Notes under the pieces: generated by a model
The model's database searches: none
What the model was told of the DNA's origin: nothing
Seen by the model: only the letters and a program-made list of their open reading frames with translations
NCBI GenBank assembly: GCA_963708075.1
Contig: OY970194.1
Span: 5,792,001-5,856,000 of the forward strand
Origin: Sedimentisphaerales bacterium
GTDB taxonomy: Bacteria > Planctomycetota > Phycisphaerae > Sedimentisphaerales > Anaerobacaceae
DNA: 64,000 nt
Direction: 5' to 3'
Program-made: the position numbers and the translations under genes
Shown here: one piece after another, positions 10,035 through 20,949 of the stretch
Numbering within the stretch: the first letter of the stretch is position 1
Layout of the letters: every line of letters begins with the position of its first letter

Positions 10035-10623
10035 TTACCATGGCGGTACGACACCATAGGTAGCATTCAAGTGCAATTTGAGACCCATATCTGTCGTCTT
10101 GACCAAGTGATTGAAGAACGCTCGCATCCACGTCAAGGTTTCCGCCGTGAGGCGGGTCTCCCCAGACGGCGCTTGCGTCCAGGAGTACCCCGGCATGGTA
10201 TAGCCGTGCGCAAGGCTGTGGCGGACCTTAAGGATTTCGTTGAGCCGTGTCCTAACGGTCAAGGCGTTCATGCCACGCGCGCGCCACTGCCAGTCTGTCC
10301 ACGGATCATAGCCGGTGCAGGAGACAATCAAGGTCCGGGTGTTTTCCGCATTGGGTGTGTTGAAACGACCAAGGCAAGAGTTCGCCGCGGTGCTCGCCAG
10401 CGTGTGCATCGCATGAAAGGTCGGGACACGCGGATTGGCGACTTCCTGAAAGAAGCAGTCTATCAACCCTGCTATGTAGGCGTTCCATGCAGCAACCTGA
10501 GCCACGAAAGCAGCACCATAGACCACCTGCACTTCCTTGCGCAAGCGAGTTTCGATCGGTCTTGAGGATCACCGAGGCGTTTGCGGCCAGTGACTTGTAT
10601 TTGATTGCAGCCGCCGATGGCAT
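10035..10623 (-). CDS. HEPN-superfamily putative RNase (RiboL-PSP/MAE_28990-like), apparent frameshift at ~10540
   Basis: AFVAQVAAWNAYI helix, FNTPNAEN and the RLNEILKVRHSLAHG Rx4H motif. The N-terminus MPSAAAIKYKSL is in another frame and joins at CTTGCGCAAG. Confidence 0.65.
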
Positions 10624-10632
10624 GGGGAGCAC

Positions 10633-11673
10633 TCACATTAGTCGGTCCACAACCTCAGTCAGCTTCTTGCGGTAGTCATCGAGAGGTATTTGGTTGATCT
10701 GGACGCGTTCGCCACCAAAGTCCTTTGGCCCAGCGGTCAGCTTGTGTAGAGGTGTCCCGGTGCTGGCCGCTATGATGGAAGCACTGTGGTAGTCAGGAAC
10801 AAACAGAAATGTCTCGCTCGGCTTCAAGGATGGCGAACTGAAAATCTCCCGATGCTTCTTGTGGATCTCATCAATCGTGATCTTCATTGACTTGATCATA
10901 GCGTTGAACGCTTTGCTCGGCTGACCTTCATATTTGGTGACGCGATTACTGACGAATGTGTGGAGCCGGGGAACCACAACGCCATCTTCTTTGGCCTTCT
11001 TGGCAAAGCTGATCTTGGTATATGGTGCGACGTCGACCGCTTCGGTAAAACCATACAGCAGTGTTACGACATTCTCAACCGCTCGCCGTGAACTATCGTC
11101 TGCCGTGAATGGCACAACCACATGGTCTGCCGCAACCAAGGCGAGCTGAGTGAAAATGGCGAAACTTGGATTGCAGTCAATGATGAAGACCGAGGGACGA
11201 TCACTACTTCGGGCGGTGAGCGCGGTCGTCAAGTCGCGAATCCACAACAGCACCTGCTTCCAAGAGTCATAGGGTACAGCCAACTGAGAGGTCTGACGGA
11301 TTGCTTCAGACTGGACCTCGAGGAGATTATCCCCACATATGAGGGAGAGATTCTTTGGGATAGCCTTGTTGTGTCTACTCGGCCGACAGACGTACGGGTC
11401 AACATCGTCGAGCGGCCTAAACGGTGAATTGAGGCGAGCATCCAGATAGCCAGCAATGGTAGCACGAGGCCTCTTTCCAAGCAGGGCAGTCATGACCTTT
11501 GAACCTTTGGGGAAGCCCCCAAGCAGCGTCTCAGAGACATTCGCCTGTGGGCACAGATCGAGAACGTAGACATCGCTACCGGGAAACTTATGGGCGTACT
11601 CACACGCCGCAATGAAGCAGAGAAAGCTCTTTCCGACACCGCCCTTGTTATTCCAGAAGGCATAGGAAGTCAT
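10633..11673 (-). CDS. ParA/Soj-family ATPase (long orphan type)
   Basis: AFWNNKGGVGKS deviant Walker A, LDLCPQAN and IIDCNPS Walker B; 346 aa; no parB neighbour. Confidence 0.9.
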   Translation of the reverse strand: MTSYAFWNNKGGVGKSFLCFIAACEYAHKFPGSDVYVLDLCPQANVSETLLGGFPKGSKVMTALLGKRPRATIAGYLDARLNSPFRPLDDVDPYVCRPSRHNKAIPKNLSLICGDNLLEVQSEAIRQTSQLAVPYDSWKQVLLWIRDLTTALTARSSDRPSVFIIDCNPSFAIFTQLALVAADHVVVPFTADDSSRRAVENVVTLLYGFTEAVDVAPYTKISFAKKAKEDGVVVPRLHTFVSNRVTKYEGQPSKAFNAMIKSMKITIDEIHKKHREIFSSPSLKPSETFLFVPDYHSASIIAASTGTPLHKLTAGPKDFGGERVQINQIPLDDYRKKLTEVVDRLM

Positions 11674-12144
11674 GGTGCAAAAGTCCTTTCTGGGCTATGA
11701 TTCGCCAAAGGAGTACGGATGTGCGCGGTGGATCTCGGGAAAACGTGGGACGCACCCTATCGTCCATGCTCGCTCTCCTGTTGCTTCCCCTCGGCTCATT
11801 CGAAATTCGCCGGCCATCCAACCCATTTCTGCCTCACCACATTTGTCCGCCCCACATAGGGCTCCAACTCATTCGTCGCAGTCTCATCCAGGGTGTCAAT
11901 CTGGGGAGTATTATGGCGCGTGCACGCGGAGAAGGCAAGGGAAAAGCCGCAGTCGGCGGACTGATAGGGGGCGCAGTACACGTTTCACATTTTCTCCCAA
12001 CACTTCCAGTCTTCGGACCGGAGGTTCTTTTGCATCTGACAGGGCCGCTTCATTCCGAAATCACGGCCTCATTGTAGAGCCACGGCGACAAAGATACAAA
12101 AAAGAACCCGGGAAACGGCGAATCACACCAAACACCCAGCGCGG

Positions 12145-12568
12145 CCCATTCGACTTCACTCAGGGCAGGCTCTTCGGCCGCGATCAGGATCATTTCACGC
12201 GGAGACGCGGAGGCGCAGAGAAAAACCCGACAAAGACATATTCTGAACTCTGCGTCTCTGCGTGAGACATAATTCTTTGGGTTTCAGCAAGGAGTCCGCA
12301 TGGGCTAAAGCCCATCCTACAAATTCCTTTGTGTTCTCGGTGGCTGAAAGAGCCTGGATTCCCGCCTCCGCGGGAATGACATTGTCGGAATCCGTGTTCA
12401 TCCGTGTCGTAAGAAGAAGGATCGGTGGGCGAAGCCCACCCTACCGGCCGGCTTGTGGCCCTTTCATTTTTGTTCGGGGTCTCTGTGTCCTCCGGGTTCT
12501 CGGTGGCGACTTACTCGTCTTGCGTCGTGCGGGATGGGGGGTGCGGGCGAATGATGATTCGCCCCTAC
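12145..12568. repeat. Mosaic cluster of several different REP-like palindromic units
   Basis: CCCATTCGACTTCACTCAGGGCAGG; CACGCGGAGACGCGGAGGCGCAGAG...CTCTGCGTCTCTGCGTGAGA; TGGGCTAAAGCCCATCCTAC; CTGGATTCCCGCCTCCGCGGGAATGAC; ATCCGTGTTCATCCGTG; GGTGGGCGAAGCCCACCCTAC; GGGCGAATGATGATTCGCCCCTAC. Confidence 0.8.
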
Positions 12569-13361
12569 GGGGGGCGTGTCTTGCCTTGGTCTTGTGCGTG
12601 TCCTTCTTACGTTCTTTCGTTCTGATCGTCCTAGCCTTGCGCGCGTTCCTCCGGGCTTCTTTCTTCAGGGCGGCCTGGTAGTCGGCGTGCACCTGGCGTC
12701 GGCGTTCCGGGGGCCATTCCCGGGGAAAGTTCACGCCGGCGAACTCGCCGCATTCTTGGACGGCTGCATAGTCGTAGGCGCGGGCCGCGGAAACCTCGTC
12801 AGGGAAATAGCCGAGCCAGCGTTGTCGGCCCTCGAAGCGGAGTTGTGAAAAGATTCTGCCCTCTCTGTAATAGACGCCCTTGAATCCAGATCGTGTGCCA
12901 CGTTGTTTGCGGCTGTTACGCCGATTCTCCTTCTGCGTGCATGTGCGGAGATTGGATCGGCAGTTGTTGGCCTTGTTGCCGTCGTGGTGGTCCACGACCT
13001 TGCCTTTGGGCGGCTGCATGATCTCGCGGTGCATGAGGATCTTCCTGCCCTTTTCCGTCCGTGCAGGGTATCCGCCGCTGGTGATGTGCCAGTTCCATTT
13101 GCTGAGCCACTCGTAGTCAGCCGCGTCCACGTAGGCGTACAGGCCGTCAGTCAGTGGAATCAGGCGGACATCGCCCTGGGGGACCGCAGGTTTGCGCCGG
13201 TAGTTTTTGCAGGGCACCCCGGGCACGTCGTGCAACTGCGCGGGCCACTGGGGGTGGTTGGCGCATCGCGGCAGGATCAGTTCGCCCGCCCACATCAGCC
13301 GCAGCCACAACTCCGGGTCGCAGACGGAATAGATGCAATTGTGGCAATTCGGTCCGGACAT
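12441..13361 (-). CDS. HNH endonuclease with AP2 DNA-binding domain and Cys/His-rich N-terminus
   Basis: IPLTDGLYAYVDAADYEWL, MHREIM, VDHHDGNKANNCRSNLR (HNH_3), SGFKGVY and RWLGYFPDEVSAARAYD (AP2); N-terminal CHNC...CANH...CKNY. Confidence 0.88.
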   Translation of the reverse strand: MSGPNCHNCIYSVCDPELWLRLMWAGELILPRCANHPQWPAQLHDVPGVPCKNYRRKPAVPQGDVRLIPLTDGLYAYVDAADYEWLSKWNWHITSGGYPARTEKGRKILMHREIMQPPKGKVVDHHDGNKANNCRSNLRTCTQKENRRNSRKQRGTRSGFKGVYYREGRIFSQLRFEGRQRWLGYFPDEVSAARAYDYAAVQECGEFAGVNFPREWPPERRRQVHADYQAALKKEARRNARKARTIRTKERKKDTHKTKARHAPRRGESSFARTPHPARRKTSKSPPRTRRTQRPRTKMKGPQAGR

Positions 13362-13560
13362 GCTTTCTCCCTTCCATTCTCCTCAGGGGCCGGGACAACG
13401 TCCCGACCGATCACAGGTCGCTCTATGTGACATATGGTACATTGTACATGGTCACATGTTAGCTGTAAACAAAAATCCTGACTATTTTCGCAGGTCAAGG
13501 CGCAAGTCCTTGCCGGCAAACGGGTAAGAACCTCGGTTTTTTCTCGTCCGCAGCGAGGGC

Positions 13561-13658
13561 GGTGGGCACAGCCCACCCTGCAAGACTGGCTCAGGAATCA
13601 CCCCCGGGGGCGGGGGTGCCACACAAGAAGCATGTAGCCCAGCCGCCCTCGGCTGGGT
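13561..13658. repeat. REP-like palindromes upstream of the HNH-AP2 gene
   Basis: GGTGGGCACAGCCCACCCTGC (variant of the 12424 unit) and GTAGCCCAGCCGCCCTCGGCTGGG. Confidence 0.7.
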
Positions 13659-13729
13659 ATTCCCGGAGCAGGTCCGGCTTGTCAAATGAATTCGGCAGAC
13701 CTGCTTAGAGGGGCGGCGACGGGGGGCGG

Positions 13730-14581
13730 CTATTTGTGGCAGTAGTCGATGATTCGGGCGATTTCGCTTCGGAGGTCTTTGCGGTGGACGATCATGTCGA
13801 TGAAACCGTGCTCGAGCATGAACTCGGCGGTCTGGAAGCCATCGGGCAGCTCGACCTTGATCGTCTCGGCGATGGTGCGCGGACCGGCGAAGCCGACCAG
13901 GGCCCCCGGCTCGGCCATGATCACGTCGCCGAGCATGGCGAAGCTGGCGGTGACGCCGCCAGTGGTGGGGTCGGCCAGGACGGAGATGAACAGGCCGTTG
14001 GCCTCGTCGAAGCGGGCCAGAGCGGCGGAAGTCTTGGCCATCTGACCGAGCGAGACGACCCCCTCGTGCATGCGGGCCCCGCCGGAGCAGCTCACGACGA
14101 CCAGCGGCAGGGATTCCTCCATGGCCTTCTCCACGGCGACGCAGAACTTCTCGCCCACGACGGCCCCCATGGAGCCCATGAGGAAGTTCGGCTCCATGAC
14201 GGCGAGGATGACGCCGCGGCCCTTGATGAAGGCCTTACCGATCAGGATCGCCTCCTTGGACCCGGATTTCTTCTCGTCGTCCTTGACCCGCTGCTTGTAG
14301 GTGGTCCCCCGGAACTTGAAGTCCAGCGGGTCGTCGGTGGTGAGGTCCTCCAGGACCTGCTGGAAGGAGTCCTCGTCCACGAGGTGGCCGATGCGGGTGA
14401 CGGCCCCGAGGCGGAAATGATGGTCGCACTCGGGACAGACGTTGAGGTTCTTCTCCACGGCACTGCGATAGAGCATCTGCTCGCAGCCGGGACACTTCGT
14501 CCACAGACCCTCGGGCATCTCCTTGCGGGGCTTCAGGGAGAACCCGTTCCACGTTGTCTTTGACTTCTTCGTCATTGCCAT
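13730..14581 (-). CDS. accD: Acetyl-CoA carboxylase carboxyltransferase beta subunit
   Basis: EGLWTKCPGC...VCPECDHH zinc finger; FLMGSMG, SGGARMHEG, PTTGGVTASFA, GFAGPR and FQTAEF. Confidence 0.97.
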   Translation of the reverse strand: MAMTKKSKTTWNGFSLKPRKEMPEGLWTKCPGCEQMLYRSAVEKNLNVCPECDHHFRLGAVTRIGHLVDEDSFQQVLEDLTTDDPLDFKFRGTTYKQRVKDDEKKSGSKEAILIGKAFIKGRGVILAVMEPNFLMGSMGAVVGEKFCVAVEKAMEESLPLVVVSCSGGARMHEGVVSLGQMAKTSAALARFDEANGLFISVLADPTTGGVTASFAMLGDVIMAEPGALVGFAGPRTIAETIKVELPDGFQTAEFMLEHGFIDMIVHRKDLRSEIARIIDYCHK

Positions 14582-14665
14582 AGTTCACGTCCCATCGTTG
14601 GCTTTACAGTCCTTGCACCTTCTATCGGACGGACTGCACAGGATTGGCCAAAAATGGGTTGACAT

Positions 14666-14674
14666 AGTATAGCA
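14666..14674 (-). promoter_or_regulatory. Putative extended -10 promoter of accD
   Basis: TGCTATACT (TGn-TAtAcT) on the minus strand, ~85 nt upstream of accD. Confidence 0.4.
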
Positions 14675-14772
14675 GAAAGGAAGGGGGGGTGTCACGATAA
14701 GTTGGGGCCTGGGCAAAAAAAATTGGCAATTGACCCCAGGGTGTTCAAATCGTGGGTTCTCAGGGCCTCGGC

Positions 14773-14863
14773 GGGTGGCACCGCCAACTTGTTTGACGGT
14801 GCTGTCTCGACTTGCCCGGTCCATCCGAGACCCCACGGGCAAACGAGTTTGCCCGTGCCACCC
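14773..14863. repeat. Divergent GGGTGGCA...TGCCACCC palindromic element
   Basis: GGGTGGCACCGCCAACTTGTTTGACGGTG ... CACGGGCAAACGAGTTTGCCCGTGCCACCC. Confidence 0.7.
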
Positions 14864-14912
14864 GGCTTATGCCCAAGGGGGTCACCCCAGGGCGATCAAA
14901 TCGAAGCAGGCC

Positions 14913-15584
14913 TTATTTGCAGGCATCGCGGATGGCGGCTATCGCAGCGAGGCGGTCCGGGCGGCCGAAAATGGCGTTTCCGGCGACCAGGGTGTCGGCG
15001 CCGTAGGAAACCACGATGGGGGTGGTTCGCGGGTCGATGCCGCCATCGACCTCCACGCGGATGTCGGGGCCGACGATCTTGCGGATCGCTATGATCTTGC
15101 GGGCGGCATCGTCCATGAACTTTTGGCCGCCGAAGCCCGGGTGGACCGTCATCACCAGGACCATGTCGCACAAAGGGGCGGCCTTTTCGATCGCCTCTAC
15201 CGGCGTCTCCGGGTTGAGGCTGATTCCGGCGGTGCAGCCGAGGGCATGTATCTGGTCGATGATCTTGTCGGGCTCGTCGGTGACTTCGATGTGGAACGTG
15301 ATGTTGTCCGCGCCGGCTTTGGCGAACGCCTCCGCGTATCGGGCGGGCTCGCTGATCATGAGGTGGGCGTCGAAGGCCAGGCGGCTGTGCTTGCGGAGCT
15401 TGGCAATCACCGGCGGGCCGATGGTGATGTTCGGGACGAAATGCCCATCCATGACGTCGAGGTGCACCATTTGCACGCCGGCCGATTCCACGATGGCGAT
15501 CTCATCCGCCAGTTTGGCGAAATCCGCGCTGAGGATCGATGGGACAATCTCGACCGTTCCGGGCTTAGGCAGTACCCTTTTCAT
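14913..15584 (-). CDS. rpe: Ribulose-phosphate 3-epimerase
   Basis: PSILSADF, HLDVMDGHFVPNITIG, DAHLMI, VMTVHPGFGGQKF and EVDGGI. Confidence 0.97.
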   Translation of the reverse strand: MKRVLPKPGTVEIVPSILSADFAKLADEIAIVESAGVQMVHLDVMDGHFVPNITIGPPVIAKLRKHSRLAFDAHLMISEPARYAEAFAKAGADNITFHIEVTDEPDKIIDQIHALGCTAGISLNPETPVEAIEKAAPLCDMVLVMTVHPGFGGQKFMDDAARKIIAIRKIVGPDIRVEVDGGIDPRTTPIVVSYGADTLVAGNAIFGRPDRLAAIAAIRDACK

Positions 15585-15617
15585 GGGAGACTCCCCCGCG
15601 AACGAAGTGTGATGGTC

Positions 15618-15667
15618 GATTTGTGATTTTTGATTTGTGAATCAACCATCAACCATCAACCATCACA
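15618..15667. repeat. Heptamer tandem arrays (GATTTGT / ATCAACC)
   Basis: GATTTGTGATTTTTGATTTGTG followed by AATCAACCATCAACCATCAACCATCAC between pgk and rpe. Confidence 0.7.
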
Positions 15668-15678
15668 CTTCAGACTTC

Positions 15679-16917
<1,239 letters not shown>

Positions 16918-16928
16918 AAAGCGTCCTT

Positions 16929-17006
16929 ATTGATTAAGGATTATTGATAATTGATTATTTGTCTGACTGCAGCAGTGCTGCGAATCATCCATCATCAATC
17001 ATCAAT
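16929..17006. repeat. Inverted degenerate heptamer arrays (ATTGATT/A and AATCATC)
   Basis: TTGATTAAGGATTATTGATAATTGATTATTTG ... AATCATCCATCATCAATCATCAAT between gap and pgk. Confidence 0.65.
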
Positions 17007-17008
17007 GC

Positions 17009-18028
17009 CTACAGCTTCGCGATTCTCTCGATCAGGTCCACGCTGCGGCAGGAGTACCCCCACTCGTTATCGTACCACATGGTGACTTTCACCATATCGC
17101 CGTCGAGGACGATCGTGTTGTTGGAATCGAAGATCGAGCTGGCCGGATTGCCGATGACGTCCGAGGACACGATGGGATCGGTCACGTACTCGATGATGCC
17201 CTTCATGGGGCCTTCGGCGGCGGCCTTCATGGCGCCATTGATCTCCTCGACGCTCGTCTTGCGGGCGGCCATGAACGTCAGGTCGGTAATCGAACCATCA
17301 GGCACCGGGACTCGCAGGGCATAGCCGTGCAGCTTGCCCTTGAGGGCCGGAATGACCTCGCCCAGGGCTTTGGCGGCGCCGGTGGTCGAGGGCACGGTGT
17401 TCAGTGCCGCCGCGCGGCCGCGACGCTTGTCCTTGTACGGCATGTCCAGAATCGCCTGGTCGTTCGTATAGGCGTGCACCGTCGTCATCAGGCCCTTGAC
17501 GATCCCGATCTTCTCGTGCAGGACCTTGCAGGCCGGGGCCAGCGAGTTCGTCGTGCACGAGGCATTGGAAATGCACTTCATCGACGCGTTCAGCTCGCTG
17601 TCATTGACGCCCAGAACGATGGTGGCATCGGGCTTGTCCTTGGCCGGGGCCGACAGAAGCACGCGCTTGGCGCCTGCCGCCAGATGCGTATCGAAACCTG
17701 CCTTGCCCTCGACAGCCCGGGAGGTGAACCTGCCGGTGGATTCCAGCACGACGTCCACGCCCATCTTGCCCCAGGGCAGCTTGGCCGGGTCTTTCTCATT
17801 GAGGATCGGGATCTCCTTGCCGTTGATCACGATCGAGGTCCCTTTGACCTCCACCTTGCCGGGGAACTTGCCCTGGGTGGAGTCATATTTGAACATGTAG
17901 GCCAGCATGTCGGCGTCGAACAGATCGTTGATCGCCACCACCTGCATCGTTTTGAACTTGTCGGCCATTGCACGGACTACAAGCCGGCCGATGCGGCCGA
18001 AACCATTTACGCCAACCTTAATTGCCAT
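17009..18028 (-). CDS. gap: Glyceraldehyde-3-phosphate dehydrogenase (type I)
   Basis: [38 protein letters not shown] and WYDNEWGYS. The true start is 18028; the longer ORF is read-through from upstream non-GAPDH sequence. Confidence 0.98.
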   Translation of the reverse strand: MAIKVGVNGFGRIGRLVVRAMADKFKTMQVVAINDLFDADMLAYMFKYDSTQGKFPGKVEVKGTSIVINGKEIPILNEKDPAKLPWGKMGVDVVLESTGRFTSRAVEGKAGFDTHLAAGAKRVLLSAPAKDKPDATIVLGVNDSELNASMKCISNASCTTNSLAPACKVLHEKIGIVKGLMTTVHAYTNDQAILDMPYKDKRRGRAAALNTVPSTTGAAKALGEVIPALKGKLHGYALRVPVPDGSITDLTFMAARKTSVEEINGAMKAAAEGPMKGIIEYVTDPIVSSDVIGNPASSIFDSNNTIVLDGDMVKVTMWYDNEWGYSCRSVDLIERIAKL

Positions 18029-18109
18029 GTACCTTTCTCCTTTACCTGCATTGTATTTGCTGCGATCAGACACCTCGCTCTGCGGAGAGCGTGTGAAAAC
18101 GAAGTGGAC

Positions 18110-18138
18110 ACTGTAGCGGCCGGGGCCCCCTCTGTCAA
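18110..18138 (-). promoter_or_regulatory. Sigma70-type promoter of the gap-pgk-rpe operon
   Basis: TTGACA (18138-18133), 17-nt spacer, TACAGT (18115-18110). Confidence 0.65.
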
Positions 18139-18439
18139 GCAATATTCTCCCTACTGACAGGGGGGGTATGGTCGGCGTTCGGTGGTGGATTCGGGGCGGC
18201 GCGTAGGACAAGCGTCCTCGCTCGTCCCTCTTCGGCCGTCGCCTTGCACAATATACGCCCGCTGCAAGGGCCCGAACTGGTCGTGCGGAGACGCCCGACC
18301 CCCGATCCGGTCGGGGGCAGGCTCTGCGAAGAGGCTCGCCGATTGCCACCGTACTGCGACCACGCCTCATGCCGGGTGTTGGATTGGAATGACGTAAGTA
18401 TGTGAGCAGCAGGCAGTTAGCCGCATTGGTCGTGCTGAG

Positions 18440-19475
18440 CAAGACACCGGCACAATCGTCACCAGATTGCCCTTGTGGCAGGTCATGGCGAAGCCCTTGA
18501 ACTTCAGCACCGATTCGAGCAGCGGGTACAGGTCCTTGACCCGAACTTCCCCCTGGAGCTTGCCATGGAGCCGAAGCGAGAACCAACTGGCCCTTGATCT
18601 TCTCGGGCTCATACATGTAGTCCAGCCGCAGGTACTCGGCCACGAGATCCAGCAACTGGATCATCTCCAGCCGGTCCGGCAGGTCCAACTGCAGCACATC
18701 CTCCGCATTACTCGGCAGCACCGGCTCCAGCGAGCGGATCACTTTTGCCGGTTTCGTAGACTTGCCGGCAGGCTCAACGGCAATCGTGCCCCTCGTCTCC
18801 AACGGCTCCTCAGGCGGTCTGACAGCCGGTCCAGGGCGCGGGTTCCCTCCGGCGACAGTCTCAGGCTTCGTAGCAGTGCCGAGGGCTGCATCCTGCGGCG
18901 TTGAAGTCAAAATCGCGGGCGTTACCTCAACGGCAGTCGGTTTTGGCTGATCGGGCGTAATCGGGGTTGATATTGCCTCTGATGGCGAGTCATTCGGCTT
19001 TGGCACTTGAGGGTCTGCCTGAGCCTGGGCAACAGGAGTCTCTATGTGTCGGTCACCCACCGCTGCTCCCCCTCGCCGGAGCCGACCTCCGAGATCAACG
19101 CCATCGACCTTTTCGGCTCATTCGGATAATAGCTCGTCGCGCACAACCTGAACCGCGCCGAAGGAGCCGCAGGCCGGACAACCGGGACCACTGATGCAGG
19201 ACTCGCCGTCGAAGCCGTCAATGTTGGTTTCTCAGGACTCTTCGGCGGGTCCAGTCCCAAGGCCAGCAGCTTCGCCTGTACCACCAGCGGCGAATCCCCA
19301 ATGGAGCGTACTCTCGATTCGCCGCCCCGTGCACTAAACCGTTGGACAGCACCGGGCCGATTGAGAAACTCCGCAACCTCCCGGTCAACCCTGCCTCGCT
19401 CGGACCACCATCGCCCAAGCACGCCGCCAGCCGTCAGCATCGCGCAAGCGCCAAGATGTAGAATGCTCTCACCAT
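18440..19475 (-). pseudogene. Fragmented type II secretion-like gene (GspC-like region plus secretin N0-like domain)
   Basis: TM helix and [29 protein letters not shown], then a Pro-rich linker and [36 protein letters not shown] / [31 protein letters not shown]. Spread over several frames and ends abruptly. Confidence 0.6.
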
Positions 19476-19567
19476 GAGGCATCGTCAAAAGGACATCTAC
19501 GAACGCTGCGCTTGGCTGGCAGGTGGAACATCTAACGCATTCCTGGCGTTTCACGGATTCGATACGC

Positions 19568-20870
19568 CTACTTCTGAGGCAGACTCCGCGAGGGCTCAAT
19601 CGATAACTTCTTTTCGATGGCTCGCATGGCCTGGGTTGCAGCTTCTCGAACAGGAAACCACCGTCTCGCCATCTTCCAGGACGGGTCGGATTCAGGCCGG
19701 ATCGGAGCCATACGCGGACCTGTGTTCACGTACTGGCCATCGACCATTTCGAAGATCGGGCCATGGAAATCGACTATCTCAAGGGGATCGTCCCTGACAA
19801 GCTGTTCAAGGAATGGTATATCCTCCTTTGTCCCGATGATTCCCAGGGCCCTTGCCGCCTGGCAACGCATGTTGGTCATGACCACCATGTTCGGGTCCAG
19901 CAGTACATCGCGTAACTCATCCTTCACGGCAGACTCTCCCTTGAGTGCAAGGGCTATGACAACAGCAGCTTGTGGCCTCCCGCTCAGACCGTCCTTAGCA
20001 TCGCGTAGGGATGATATAGTGCCGCCGAGCTTCGTCAACGCGTCGATGAGATAGTAGTACATCATGTCAGCAAGGGTCCCGGCGACATCTGATTGCAGCC
20101 TCTCGTTGCGTGTCGGCATATTCTCCACGCTGCGGATGGATTCGACGATGGCGGCAACTTTCTCACCAGCGATCGCCGAACCGCTGTCATTGGCAAGGAC
20201 CGATGCCGCGTGCATACGTATGCCGAAGTTCGTAATAGGGTGATGTACTGTGCTCTGCAAGTGACTCCTTAGAGAGACAAGAAGGCCTCTATCAACAGCC
20301 ACACCGGACAGATGTTGAAGGGCAATGGAAATCACGTCCGGATCGTCCGATTTGAGCAACGGAAGGATGGCCTCTTTGTTCGGTGCAATCTTCACAAAGT
20401 TCCTGGCAGCCCAGGAAGAATAAGAAGTCTGGTTAGGGTTGTACTTGGTTATGGCTATGTCGAGCAATGCGTCTCTGGCTCTGGGTGTGCCGATCTTGGC
20501 CAGCACAACGATGATCTTGTGTCGAGGGACTCCCACACGGGCACGATACTTGCGCGAGCAGATCCACAACATCGTCTCCCATCGCAGCGATCTCGTCAAT
20601 AGCCGCATTGATTCTGGCCTCGTGTTCTTCGAATTGGAGCTTTCTTTTCGCCAGGTATTCGTCGCGCACCCTTCTGTCCTTGGATTTCTGGATCTCCGGC
20701 GGGACCGGGATCGAAGGCTCCCTCTCACCGATCACTTCCAGAAGATGCTTCAATCGTTGCTCGTCCAACTTCGCGTTTGTCTGTGATGATGCCCTATTCG
20801 ACCACACAAGCAATAACACCGCTGCCAGTCCTATGCCGATGACGAGCATGTTGTTCTTATTCAAGTTCAT
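19568..20870 (-). CDS. Secreted HEAT-repeat protein (apparent frameshift at ~20553)
   Basis: Signal/TM segment MNLNKNNMLVIGIGLAAVLLLVW. HEAT-like segments LAKIGTPRARDALL, LLKSDDPDVISIALQHL, RCQAARALGIIG..DIPFLEQL and FPVREAATQA lie in a second frame. Confidence 0.65.
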
Positions 20871-20891
20871 CGCATTTCCTTTCCGAGTATG

Positions 20892-20925
20892 GGGCATTCG
20901 GGGGTCAGCCCTCAAATTAACAATT
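20892..20925. repeat. Third, divergent GGCATT-GGGGGTCA element end
   Basis: GGGCATTCGGGGGTCAGCCCTCAAATTAACAATT shares GGCATT(C)GGGGGTCA with the left ends at 21019 and 23405. Confidence 0.6.
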
Positions 20926-20949
20926 AGCGACCAGCGGTCTTCAATTCTG

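Noticed and set aside
10633..11673. Chromosome/plasmid partition locus
   Set aside because: No parB, parS or rep gene nearby; the partner gene is HEPN-like.
11672..12681. ORFs 11672-12265, 12195-12401 and 12262-12681
   Set aside because: Translations of repeat-rich intergenic DNA (e.g. VIPAEAGIQ derives from a REP palindrome).
12441..13361. IscB/HEARO-type RNA-guided nuclease or intron-encoded homing endonuclease
   Set aside because: No PLMP or split RuvC motifs; no interrupted host gene or recognisable group I/II intron structure.
14590..14910. tRNA or riboswitch between rpe and accD
   Set aside because: GTTCAAATC is present but there is no cloverleaf; the structure is explained by a GGGTGGCA-family repeat and a promoter.
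17009..19060. 683-aa GAPDH fusion protein
   Set aside because: Chance open frame across a promoter/REP region; GAPDH has its own promoter and start at 18028.
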